Source: Paraspadella gotoi (Eukaryota > Animalia > Chaetognatha). Taken from it: a stretch of DNA of 64,000 nt. Shown one piece after another: positions 27,510-40,490 of this stretch; the first letter of the stretch is position 1, and each line of letters starts with the position of its first letter. A program made the position numbers and the translations under genes. The DNA lies in contig CM119263.1 of the NCBI GenBank assembly GCA_051294375.1, positions 19,744,115-19,808,114 of the forward strand, in the 5' to 3' direction. The notes beneath the pieces are model-generated. The model had not been told where the DNA came from. It worked only from the letters and a program-made list of their open reading frames with translations, and ran no database searches.

Positions 27510-30500
27510 ATGCCCGGACTAAGCCACTTGCAAGAAGTTGATTCAAATGTCTGGGGAGAAGCCTTTCCCATTCATGGATACTAGTGAGTTTCAGAAAAGA
27601 AATATATTTCTAGAAATAAATTAAAAAAACCATGTTGCCCAAACTAAGCGCAATTTTCTCTCAGCTGGTGGCAGCGTCAAAAGCGTAACATTCGAAGGGC
27701 GATCGAATACCATGACAAGAAGACATGGAAGAAGCAGGAGGCCGTCGTGAGTAAAAAGGCGCCAGTCACCTGACACTTCAGTTGTCCAATGAGCGACGCT
27801 CATTTTTTCAGGCGAGCAAAACCGTAGCGTTCTTCATGCCCTTCGAGAATCTTCGTCGGCGTCATCAGCCTCTGAACGAAGTCAAAGTTTTCGATCCTAA
27901 GATCGCTAAACTAAGAAGGCTCAAAGTTACGCTTCAGGTTATTGAAAAGTTAAATTTTAAATTTAAGTGTTCGAGATTATAGAAGAATAACTAATTATCA
28001 TTTTTTCATCTTACGATCGCCCTTCGATCTTTCCGATTAACTCCGACGACGACGACTGCAACAAATACGACTAAAACAGGAAGTAAAACGCGGCGCCTAC
28101 AAGCATGTATGTCATGTCAAAGGAAAACCACCGAAGTATTTCGAGCAGATGTACGAAAACCGACTCTTTGACGTTCTACTCCACAGGTTTAATTAACGTT
28201 TTTAGGTGATTTATTTAAAAAAGATCAGAATTTTCAAATTAATAATTTTATTTCCAATATTCCATCTTCAGACTCGTTCAGTACATGGAAGCGGAAGAAC
28301 GTCTCCAAGAGTTCGTGGACGAAGCGACCCGGGAGGCGATTCGACAACGCGAACTTCAGGCGCAGGGCATCCTGGACGCGCCTCCGTCGATCGGGGCCTT
28401 CGATCAGATCAAGCACGACGTGGAGGAGGGGCGGCTAAAGAAGAACATCCGGGATATCAGCGCGCAGTTGGGTCAGGATTTGAATTTCGTTTTAGCATTA
28501 TCTACATCGCGATGTTTAATTTCAAAATGTCAGATAACCGATTTTAAAAGCTCATGAGGAACTTTATTTATTGTGTAATATTTTCGAACTGAAGGTGAAA
28601 TATATGGTGGTTTCCTTTTGGGAATGCGAATGGATCAGCGTGCCCATCACATGCAAAAGGTGCTTGCAAGATACAGTGCCTTTTTTGACTGAAAAGCTCT
28701 TAATATTATTTTTGATATATTATCTATTTTCAATTGTGGGTCTTTAGGGAAAGACTTTTTTCTCAAACAAAAGGGTCGACATGAATCTCTTCGAGTTTCT
28801 TTACGTTTTTTTGACGCAGTTCATGTGGCTGTTGTACGACTGCGTAGGTTCGTTCAGAAATAAAAGTCGCTCAAATTTAGAACTTAAAAAAAAAATCCCA
28901 ATTTTGTATCTAATTATTTCAGATTCAAAAATGGCCATGATTCGTCGCCGCGTCACCCAAGTTTTTCGGTCAGAATTTTTCAATTGGGGCGGAAGGAAAA
29001 TTCACTCAATGGAGACGTACGGCGACGTTCCGGTGAATATGAGGCGATTAATTCTTAATAGCGTTTTTTCTTATATAGATAATTATTCCTTAAATATTTT
29101 GTTTTTTGTTTATATCTTTGACAGGAGGGCGTGGTGCAGCGACTTCCGGCGGACGAATGGGTCGCGCCTCAACGGTAAACAAAGGATTGTTTTTTAAACT
29201 TAAAAGACAAGATAAATTAATCGAATGTAAGACTGAGAAATTAGGGGGTTGTTACGGGGGAAAACGAAAAAAAAGATCAATTTTTACACGACAATTTGTA
29301 TTTCTTTAAATTTTATCTCGCGATGCTCTTTTGTTGAACCAAAGAGAGTTGGAGGAAGTGTGGGATACTCGACCTCGAAAGAAGATACTGACCGTGAAAT
29401 CTACCGCCGTCGACAACTACGCGAATAAACTCGAATTGAAAACAAAAGACGAGATTCTTCGATTGGACATTTTCGCCGATGACGCGCCGCCTATGCCCGC
29501 AGCGAAGTCGGACCTTTCGGTATACCCACAGAGTGTGTCAAGCGTACTGTCACTTTACAAATGAATGCAGTGAATCAGTACAGTTTTAAATAATGCATTT
29601 ACGGTACTCATTGGATTCAGGAATTCTTATAGTTTTATATGTTTTTATTTTCAAAATTAAACAATAATATCAAATTTTATCAGGACTGAAATCAAAAGTC
29701 GGATTTACTTTTTGTCATTTAAAAATTTTTAAATCTTTCCAACTGCCCACCGCCACCGGATTGTTTTTCAGCTACTTGTTAAATATTATCATGTTTCAAC
29801 GTTATATTGATGATAAGATTTTTACCATAGTCCTTCTAGATTTAAAAGTATTTTATGGGTTTTAATTGAAAGAATATTACGGATAAGCAGATGGTTTGAT
29901 AAAGTCATTTACATTGTCAATGTACCAAGCTGCAGTCAGCTAGAAAATAGCAGTGAAAGTTTTCTATGATTCCAACATAAGCTACATATTAAATTAATAG
30001 CGGTTATCAGTTTCCTCAAACTATGAAAACAAATTTTATTCAAAATCATTCTCTACATTTTTTTTTCTGAAAATATAATCATCACCGTCCATCACTCTCA
30101 TTCTCCAAAAATCTTGGGCATGTGCAAAATAAACGCTGCGGCCTACCGATAAATGAACAATAATTTATTTGAACCAAAAGCTGGACAACTATAAATTTAA
30201 TATCAACTACATTTTTTGAGCCATTGTAAAAACGAAAATCCCCCTCACTTTAACTGCTCATTGAGTGAATAAAAGTGCAGATAAACATGATAATGGAAAT
30301 AGCAAAAAAAACTGTTCAAACATATCTCTCTTGTAGTTCTTTAGAATTAAAAATTGACACAGTGTTCATTTGTAAAGTGACATTACGCTTGTATAAAATT
30401 ACAAATATCAATTTATGAATTAGAATTCATGTGTAAATTCTTTCTGTTTTGCTGTGTTTGTAGATTATAATTTAGATTATAGATTACAATTTATTTTGTT

Positions 30501-31110
30501 GTTGTTGCAAATAGGTAAACTGTNNNNNNNNNNAGGACTGAAATCAAAACACAGCAAAACAGAAAGAATTTACACATGAATTAGAATTAGAATTCAAAAT
30601 CCAGTAAATTGCATTTCTTCCAGTTATGTTCTTTTTTTATTTATTAAAGAGATTCCCTTCCTCTAGCGCGAGGAACCCTCCAAGCATCTCCTCCGCGGCC
30701 TGAAGGAGCCTTTGGGCGAAGTCGGCATCCTCGGTCAGCCTCTCTTCAGCTTCGATCCCGCGACGATGATGCGACAGAAGAAGAAGACGAAGAGTCCGGA
30801 GAAGTTTCTCTACAGTTATCTCCCGCCAGTGGAGGGAGAGGCGGAGCCGGAGGCGGTGAGGACTGAGGAGGGACGTGGTCAGCATTAGTGGAACGGGGTG
30901 TGAGTCGTGATGTGATAGGATTTGAAAATAGCGGACGATTCGGAATAATACTTTGTCAAAGATTCGTGAGATTTTTTGTTTCGAAAATTTATTTTCTTCG
31001 GACGATTTCGGATTTTCCCATTTTTTGCAGGAAACTGCAAGTTTGGACGAAGAAGGAGAAGAAAGGGGGGAAGACGAGGAGCAACATGGCGAGAAAGGCA
31101 GGGAACTAAC

Positions 31111-31172
<62 letters not shown>

Positions 31173-31234
31173 TGGCGCAAGTTTCACGTGTTAGACGTGG
31201 AAATAGCGACACCATTCTCTTGATTTGGCAGTGA
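27510..31234 (+). CDS. PPP1R36: PPP1R36-like protein (protein phosphatase 1 regulatory subunit 36 family), 12 exons
   Basis: Exons at about 27510-27583, 27665-27746, 27812-27937, 28080-28186, 28272-28471, 28595-28659, 28748-28847, 28923-29032, 29124-29173, 29345-29519, 30667-30855 and 31031-31234. The motifs YGGFLLGMRMDQRAHHMQKGK...DMNLFEFLYVF...W...VTQVFRSEFFN and VGILGQPLFSFDP match my recollection of the family. Confidence 0.65.
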
Positions 31235-31432
31235 AGCTCATTTTGTTTTGTTGTTTTTATTTTGTTTTGTTCTGTTTTTTGTTCTTGTTTTTTTTTAGAA
31301 GAGAAAGAAGAGGAGGCAAAAATAGAAGAGAGAAAGTCATCGGAATCTTCGACGGGATTTTCGGTCCACACCCTGGTAGATCAAATTCTAAAGTGTACAA
31401 GGTGACACACGACAGCCCGCCGCTAAAAAAAA

Positions 31433-33799
31433 GAGTGCTGGACTGCTGCGGCCGCTGCTGCAGGACACAGACCGCAGCATTCAGCAGACGGCGGTGCTGG
31501 CGCTCGGTCGTCTCGCCAACCACTCGTCCAAAGTCGCTGACGACATTGTTGGCAAGCAAACTCTTCAAAAGCTCATTCACTCCATTGCGGAAGAGAACCG
31601 CTTCTATAAAAAGGTCCGGGCAAGGACAAATTTTTCTCACTGTCGTCGTCTTCGTCGTCGTCGTTCTTTGTAATTTGTGTTTTAAATTTTCCCCGACAAT
31701 GAAGTTTGAAGCGCGACATGCTGGTTTGGATTTCAAAAATTGCTGTCATAAAAAAAATTAAAAAAAAGGATCGTTTGACTCCATTCTCTAAGGTGGCCTG
31801 CTTCGTAATTCGCGCCGTGGCCAAGCATTCCCCAGAGATGGCGATGGCCGTAGTAGAATGCGGCGGGATAGACGCCCTCGTCATCTGTCTGGAAGAGTTC
31901 GATCCAGCGTGAAGGAGGCGGCAGCGTGGGCGCTGAGCTACGTGGCGCGACACAACGCCGAGCTTGCGCAATACGTCACGGACGCCGGCGCCGTGCCTCT
32001 TCTTCTCCTCTGCGTTCAGGAACCGGAAGTGGCGTTGAAGAGCGTCGCCGCCTCAGCGATCGCCGACGTGGCCAAACACTCCAAGGACTTGGCTCAGACG
32101 GTCGTCGACGCTGGTGCATTTCCGTGGTCTCGAAGGCGCGTCTTTTATGTTTTGGGGCGTTGGAGTCCTGGTTGACGAAATAAATGGTTTAAAAACTGAG
32201 AAACGGGGAAGACCTTGGGTACGTCCCGTCATTTACAAGCCCCCTATGTGTCGGACAGATGATCAAGTTGCAAGATGCCGTCCTGAAGCGTCAGATCTTC
32301 GCGGTGCTGAGTCAAATCGCCAAGCACTCTGTGGATCTCGCCGAGTTGGTCCTCGAAAGCGAAGTATACCCGGACTGCCTCGTCTCTCTCAAAGACCCCG
32401 ACGACACTGTCAAAAAGAATTGCGGCGACTCTGGCAAGGTCGTTTTCGACACCATTGTCGATGTTGTTTATTTGTGCTTATTATCTCCTCATCGTTTCCA
32501 GGGAAATCTCACAAGCACACCCCAGAAATGGCGCAGCTGTTGATCAACGCAGGTGGGGTCGGCGCCGTCGTCGAGTACCTCGCCGACTCCAAGGGGCGAG
32601 TGCGGCTTCCGGGGATCATGACTCTTGGTTACGTGGCCGCGCACTCAGAAAACCTAGCCATGGCCGTCATTGTGTCCAAGGGCGTTGTGCAACTCGCCGT
32701 TTGTTTGGGTCAGATTTTAACTTTTGTTTTCCCGAAGATTTGATGATTTGATTTAATGATAATGCGGCAAATATATCGTTCCTTCACAGAAGAAGATAAA
32801 GAAAACTACGTTCTTGCGGCCACGGTTTGGGCTTTGGGCCAAATCGGTCGTCACACCCCTGAACACGCCAAATCCATCGCCATCGCCAACGTTTTCCCGA
32901 AAATGCTCGATTGTTACGTTAAGAAAGGCGAGTAATGACAGAAAAGGCGAATTAGGGAATTGTGGCGGTATATTCACACCGCCTCACGTCCACCATCCTT
33001 CAGCCCAATCCATTGGCTCAGAGACGGAAACACGCCATCCCAGGCGTAGTGTTCCATCCACAGTCCAAACGACTTCCCTCTGCGTTGGCAAAGGGTAACC
33101 GTGCCAGTGACTGGAGGGCCGGAGGCGTCAATGAGGGTCGAAGCCCCCAAAGCAATAGTGAGATCCCCCATCCCAATGGGCATCACAGGCAACCCGGCTG
33201 TTGCGATAAAATAAGATATTAAGAAGCCTTTTTTTCGCATGCACGAGCTACTAATTTTTTGGGATTGTAGTTTACCTTCAACCGCCATACAGACGCCTCC
33301 GAAGAGTTACGGAAAAAAGCAAGTCACGGTCTTCAAAACGTCCTACAGAAGTGCGTCAACCTCGAAGCTCTCGAACCCCTACTGTATTCGGCTCCGCCCG
33401 AGATTCTCAAATATGTCGTCGGACAATACTCGAAGGTCATAGATGAGATCTATGAGAAACTACGTATTTTAAGAGAATAAGATTAAGATATCTCTTATAC
33501 TGGGATATTAATGATAATTTACCAAATTAATTATTAATATACTTTTTTAGTCTATTAATTTAAATTTTATTATTTTTTCGATGTTCCTTCCCCGGAAGAT
33601 TCTACCCAATGACCCAAAGTCTCGTCGTCTCTTCGTAACTTCCGGGGGATTGAAGCGGCTTCAAGAAATTCAGTGCGAACCGGGATCTGCCACCGAGGAG
33701 TACATAGCCTCGATCAACGGCTGCTATCCGGACGAGATAGTCAAGTACTACACCCCGGGATACTCGGAGATGCTCCTCGAAAAACTCGACCAACATTAG
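31433..33799 (+). CDS. SPAG6: SPAG6 copy 1, 5'-truncated with frameshifts (probable assembly duplicate)
   Basis: Near-identical to 56314-58804 but starts mid-exon 1 at GAGTGCTGGA and carries single-base indels. Confidence 0.6.
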
Positions 33800-36700
33800 G
33801 GGATAAAAAAGATTTCTAAAGACGGTCGCGGAAATGCTGGAAAGTTCATGGAAAGTTCATGGAAAAATGCTGCTTCTGATCGTAACTTTATTAGCCGGAA
33901 AAATGAAAAAATCGGTTTAACAAAAAATTGTTTCAATCGACGTATAAAGTTTATAATAAACTTAATAAAGTTAAATACAAGCAAAGTTTATGAAATTGTA
34001 ATTCCTCGACTCGGCATTACTACTTAGTCCAAGAAATAAAACCGATTAACATCCGTGACAGTCGTACTTTATTTGTCTTTTCGGAATTTCAAAGTCAAAC
34101 TTATTAAGCAAAACATTCAGCTCGAACGTCAACCGACGACGTTCAGTTTACGCCCGCGACGTATTTCATCCCGAAGGATCGCTAAAACCGAGAGTAGAGT
34201 CACCTAATTGCCTTGAAAAATTCGTTACGAAACATTCCGAGTCCGAAAAAAATCGTTTGTTCTCGATGATGAAATCAAAGTATAACTCTGATTAAATAAT
34301 GACAAATAAACATAAAATTTCTTACCAGAATATAGGCGTATAGATTAAAAAAATATTCTTTCCAGTTTCGGTCGTTTTAAATTTTGAAAAAAAATGTTCT
34401 ATTATAAAATTGAAATTAAAAAAAAAAGTTTTTCCTTTCAATTTCGACACGGACGACGATGAAGACGACCGACAATCAACCTCAAGTTTCGAGGGGATCG
34501 TCCACAGGGACGACGACGACGACGACGGCAACGATGAAAATCAACCTGTTTGAAACTCCCATCCCACGACTTCGTAAGGACGACGGTCGATGACGACATC
34601 GTCGACCACAACGAAGGAGACGACGAAAACGACGATATCAGTGATGATCATTTAGTAAACAGTATTTCATTTTTCCTCTCACAAACTCATTTCTGACTCT
34701 TTTCAAGAAATTTTCAGGAAGAGACGGACAAGAGATATGAATAGGAATAATCTTTCAAATATGCTATGTCATTATCTTGTCTATGTCATTATCTTGTAAG
34801 AGTGATGGAGGCCTTAAACCACCAAAGTCAGTGGCAAGTTAGCTTATTTATTAAATGAATGGATAATTTTTATATTGGTTGTACCAATTTCATAAAGCCA
34901 ATTAGAATTTTAGTCTTCTGGCTTTCACGGTCTCTTTTTCTACTCCGTGACGTACCATCTTGGAAAATGAATAAGTCGTCGAAGCCTTTTCTAGTTTTAA
35001 TAACTTTTACATCTTTTAATTTAAAGATCGAAAAAAATAAAAAATAACGTTAAGATTGATTTTCTGCTGCATAAATAATTAAATATTAAATAAATATTTA
35101 TTAATATAGCATAGCTTAATACTAAAATAAAATGATGCATAGATTCAAACCCCAGAGGTTATATTAAGTATAAGTATGATAATATATACAAAAAAATTCA
35201 TTGTGATAAATAAACAAATAAATATTGCCAGAAATTTTTTAAATATATCAGTTTCCCCCAAGCGATTTTGATATTAAAGGATTCAAATGTTAGTTCCAAG
35301 TTTTGGGGTAGATTCCTCCATAAATTTTTAAATTTGTCAGAACGTTTTCTCTTTTTTTTCCATATTTTTTTACACGCTAAACGTTTCTCTGATTACGCAA
35401 ATTTCATGAAAAAAATAAAAAAATAATAGTACCAATAGTTAGTGTTATGTCTCGAATAGATGGAAAAAAAACCTCGTTTAAAATTCGATCGGGAAGTGGG
35501 GTAACTAAGGCTTACCAATGGCATCCTCCACGCCAATCGTTCTCTCAAATAATTTTTTTTATTTAATACATTTGAAAGGGAAAAAAAAATTCAGAATGCA
35601 GGTTGCAGAAAGGGTACAGATAATATGGACATACTGACATGATAATCATGACCTTTTATGTCTTGTGAAAGGGGGCAGTAAAAGAACCTAAAAAATTCGA
35701 TCATTAAGTCAGTCAATGAACCCTTTCCAATGGGCTATTCGCGAAATTTTTTTTCTTAATTTAAACGGATGATAAGTAATAGAATTAAATTCCTTGTATA
35801 AAGGTTGTTATATTTAAAGAAAATTATCAATACAAATAAACACAATGATGTCTTGCTTTGTCAAATATGTCACCAGCTATGAATTTTTTAAATTTTATTA
35901 TGATAACAAGCAGCGTGTCAAGCTTTTTGTTTGCAGTTGAAGATAATGGAAAATGACAATTTTTTTTTCACAGACAAGAAGGTAGATGTCCAGACTGTTT
36001 ATATCAATCTGAAAATATTTTTGTATTTATCATTTTCATATTTAAAAAAACATTTTATCCAGCTACTTCATAAATTTTTGCTTGTTTTTTACTTAACTAA
36101 AAAATACAAGCAATTTATAGAGTAGAGCAAATTTAATGGTAATCAAAATGTAATTTAGTCTTTCCTTTTTCAAATTACAAAAGAAGCAAAAAAATTTCAC
36201 ATGTCTCATTGAAATTTTTAATGCAAAAAACTGTTATACTTTTAACTCCGATTTAAATAAAAGCTGTGAAAGATTATGGAAAAATTTAATAAAACTATTT
36301 CGGAGAGGTGTCCCATGATTAGGGCTTTAATTTAATACCTCACCCACTTTCTACCTCTTTTCTTTCCAAAGTTATTCAAGAAAATAACTTTTTTACCGTG
36401 AGAGAACTAAGGATTTAAACTACGCAGTACAAATCTTTGTTAAATAAAAATTTCGGCAAAGCGGGAGTATCTCAATTTATCCTATTGGTACAATACCTAA
36501 ATTTAAAATAAAACTTAAAGAAAAATTTCGTCCTCTAGAGACATGTCACTTTCAGGTTTACCTATCGTCTTACACATTTATGGATTATGCTGGAAGAAAT
36601 CAGCAAACGTTTTCTCTTTTTTTAAATAGTTTGTACTAGCGCGTCAGAAATCTAAGAAGAAACTCGAAAATTTTATTCTGACAAATTTTGCTTTCAAGGC

Positions 36701-37057
36701 CTGACGTTTATGACTATATCTCGGAAACCATTGTAGGAATTTAAAAACTGTTTTTGCAAGTGAACATTGATATCATCTCCAGGACTCGGCATAAAAATAT
36801 ATAAAAAAATAAACAATATTAGGCTGTCATGAGTTTATTTGGGACTTATTTATTTTCCAAGATGGCATTTCAATTAAAATTCAATCTTTTCTGCCTCAAA
36901 TGTTTATTAAAATGATCACAGTTGGATATATGAATCAAATGATACGAGATTAAATGACATGAAACTATTTTATAAAACTGCACGTGCCATTTGTTTTCGA
37001 AATCGATTCTTCTTAACGATCTGCTTTTACGATCCACCTATTTTTCTCCCACATCGG

Positions 37058-37673
37058 TCAATCATCAATGATCTTCCCCGTCAGAGGGCACCGCTTAGGC
37101 TCCTGCCACTCTTTGCGCTTCCACAAGGCGAACCTCCGTCCGTCAGTCATGTCGACAACGACCGGATCACCGACCACTTCGGCGTACTGGGAGATTGGGG
37201 GGGGGGTTTGAGGGGAAGGAGAAGAATGTTAGGGGGGGGAGAGGGCGGGAAAAAGGAGCTTCAATTAGCGATGCAAGAGGGATATAAATCGAGCGTTATT
37301 TGCACTTGGCCGTCAGAAAACCCCGAATCCCTGGGACGAGGTCGAATGAAGAGGAGGTGAATGCGAGAGTAAGAGAGAGAAGACTCGCGTTCGTCTGTGG
37401 TCTTTCTTGGCTTGAGGCCATCTGTCATCTCAGCCACTTTAATAATGGTCCTATCTCAAACTGTCAGTAATCAGAGTTAAACACATCAACGATAAGGGCG
37501 GCGACTTCAGTGCCATCTTCGACCGCAAATTATCATTTACTCCAGCGCCACCTTGGGCGGAGTTATCTCCTCCGCCTCGTCCTCGTCGCTCTCCACTTCC
37601 TTCGTCACCACCTCGTCCGGGAAAATAGGAAGGAGGAATCCGCGCTTGGTCAGGTTCGTCTCCATGTTGGCGC

Positions 37674-37755
<82 letters not shown>

Positions 37756-38228
37756 AGAAATTTAGATGTTTTCCCATCGCGTCTGCACATAAACATAAAA
37801 CAAACAGCGAATAGAAAAAAAAAAGTTTCAGGCGATAATTTGGCGATAAATAGGGAATTTGTGTGCAGAGTTCGAGTTGGAGCAAAAAAAATAAATGAAA
37901 AAAAAAAGAAAAAAAAGATAAATGAGGAATGGACGAATATTTCTGCCGAGAATAAATCAGCAACCTTCGAGTTTATACTACTGCTGTTTCGGAAAGACTG
38001 AATGAGCGACTGCAGCTAATAAATTAAAAAAAAAAAAAAAAACCAAGAAAAATCAATAACTCAATAGATCGGTGCGGTCTATCAATCAATAAATAAATCA
38101 ATAAATCACTGACCGGGCACCAACGCCGCGCGGGTTTCCCTGACGCTGGCGTGATACTTGTCGATTCTCTCCTCGAGTTCCGCGATGTTTTTCCTCGACA
38201 ATTCCTCGTTGCCGATAAAGTCGTGTTC
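37058..38228 (-). CDS. Small spliced gene of unknown function convergent on SPAG6; 5' end not resolved
   Basis: Phase-compatible GT-AG exons 38228-38114 (EHDFIGNEELSRKNIAELEERIDKYHASVRETRAALVP), about 37674-37540 (GANMETNLTKRGFLLPIFPDEVV...), about 37451-37385, about 37331-37306, and about 37186-37058 (YAEVVGDPVVVDMTDGRRFALWKRKEWQEPKRCPLTGKIIDD*). Partial copies occur in the other duplicated blocks. Confidence 0.55.
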
Positions 38229-38344
38229 CTAATGTCAAGGAAACGTTGAACTTGTATTTTCTGTTGAATTCGCCGTCGTCATCGGTTGTCGTCGTTGTCG
38301 TCTTCGATGTCACCATCCTCTTTTAACATTTGCTTCTTATGATA

Positions 38345-39595
38345 CAAGGTGACACACGACAGCCCGCCGCTGAAAAAAAATCGTCATTTTGATTTTTTTA
38401 ATCTGAAAGATTTCTTCTTATAGTAAAAACCTAAATCATTTATATATCCAAATTTCATATTGATTGGTTATGATTTGACTTGGCAATGACCGAGAAAAAG
38501 TTGCTTTAAAAATCATCTTTCATTTTAAAACAAATCTTTTTTTTGTCTAACTTTATGAACATTTTTAAAGATCTTTTACATAAAAAGGCATCAACATTGA
38601 TATCTTCATTGTAACATGAAAATAAGCCTCACCAGCTTTAGTTTATTCAAGATAATCCAAATTAAAATAATAAATACTAAAATATATTTTTTCAAATATC
38701 TGACCTATTTTTACTATAATGTATTCACCAATTATTGTTTATATAGGTATCATAAAAAAGCTTAAGAAAAACTAAATTAAAATGGATAACAACAATTTAA
38801 GAATTATTCCAAAACTGCTCTTTAAGAATTTATAATTTAATAATTTTCTTAGTTTTTATATCTTTTCTTATTTAAAGCTGGATAGGTTATTTTTATATTA
38901 CAGTATTTTTAATTATGCCATTCTCTTCATATTTATAAGAGCTTTCAGAAGATATTAATATTGATACCTTTTTATATAATTTTTTTTAAAAAATGTCTAA
39001 AAAGTTAGACAAACAGATTAAAGAAAAAAAATGGAGTTTTAAAATGAAACACGATTTTGAAGCAACTTTTCTCTGCTCATTGTCAAGTCAAATCAAAACC
39101 AATAAATATAAAATTTGGATATATAAATGATTTAGGTTTTTACTACAAAAAAAAATCTTTCAGATTAAAAAAATATTTACAAGTTTGCAAATGACAANNN
39201 NNNNNNNNNNNNNNNNNNNNNNATTATCTTTCTTATTTAAAGCTGGATAGGTTATTTTTATATTACAGTATTTTTAATTATGCCATTCTCTTCATATTTA
39301 TAAGAGCTTTCAGAAGATATTAATATTGATACCTTTTTATATAATTTTTTTTAAAAAAATGTCTAAAAAGTTAGACAAACAGATTAAGAAAAAAAATGGA
39401 GTTTTAAAATGAAACACGATTTTAAGGCAACTTTCTCTGCTCATTGTCAAGTCAAATCAAAACCAATAAATATAAAATTTGATATATAAATGATTTAGGT
39501 TTTTACTACAAAAAAAAATCTTTCAGATTAAAAAAATATTTACAAGTTTGCAAATGACGATTTTTTTTAGCGGCGGGCTGTCGTGTGTCACCTTG
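38345..39595. mobile_element. Tc1/mariner-type MITE with long imperfect TIRs
   Basis: TA-CAAGGTGACACACGACAGCCCGCCGCT at 38343 and AGCGGCGGGCTGTCGTGTGTCACCTTG-TA ending at 39597 give a TA target duplication. Inverted similarity extends more than 200 bp inward and there is no ORF. Length is inflated by a segment duplicated across the N-gap. TIR copies also at about 31396-31432 and 40118-40165. Confidence 0.8.
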
Positions 39596-40490
39596 TACAC
39601 TTTAGAATTTGATCTACCAGGGTGTGGACCGAAAATCCCGTCGAAGATTCAAAAACTAAGAAAATTATTAAATTATAAATTCTTAAAGAGCAGTTTTGGA
39701 ATAATTCTTAAATTGTTGTTATCCATTTTAATTTAGTTTTTCTTAAGCTTTTTTATGATACCTATATAAACAATAATTGGTGAATACATTATAGTAAAAA
39801 TAGGTCAGATATTTGAAAAAGTATATTTTAGTATTTTATTATTTTAATTTGGATTATCTTGAATAAACTAAAGCTGGTGAGGCTTATTTTCATGTTACAA
39901 TGAAGATATCAATGTTGATGCCTTTTTATGTAAAAGATCTTTAAAAAATGTTCATAAAGTTAGACAAAAAAAAGATTTGTTTTAAAATGAAAGATGATTT
40001 TTAAAGCAACTTTTTCTCGGTCATTGCCAAGTCAAATCATAACCAATCAATATGAAATTTGGATATATAAATGATTTAGGTTTTTACTATAGAAGAAATC
40101 TTTCAGATTAAAAAAATCAAATGACGATTTTTTTTCAGCGGCGGGCTGTCGTGTGTCACCTTGTATCATAAGAAGCAAATGTTAAAAGAGGATGGTGACA
40201 TCGAAGACGACAACCGACGACAACCGATGACGACGGCGAATTCAACAGAAAATACAAGTTCAACGTTTCCTTGACATTAGGAACACGACTTTATCGGCAA
40301 CGAGGAATTGTCGAGGAAAAACATCGCGGAACTCGAGGAGAGAATCGACAAGTATCACGCCAGCGTCAGGGAAACCCGCGCGGCGTTGGTGCCCGGTCAG
40401 TGATTTATTGATTTATTTATTGATTGATAGACCGCACCGATCTATTGAGTTATTGATTTTTCTTGNNNNNNNNNNNNNNNNNNNNNNNNN

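Noticed and set aside
28838-28850. Possible additional GC donor in the PPP1R36-like gene
   Set aside because: A canonical in-phase donor (TAG|GTTCGT) lies six bases downstream, so a GC site is not required.
30637-31371. 244-aa minus-strand ORF
   Set aside because: Antisense shadow of the last PPP1R36-like exons plus a microsatellite.
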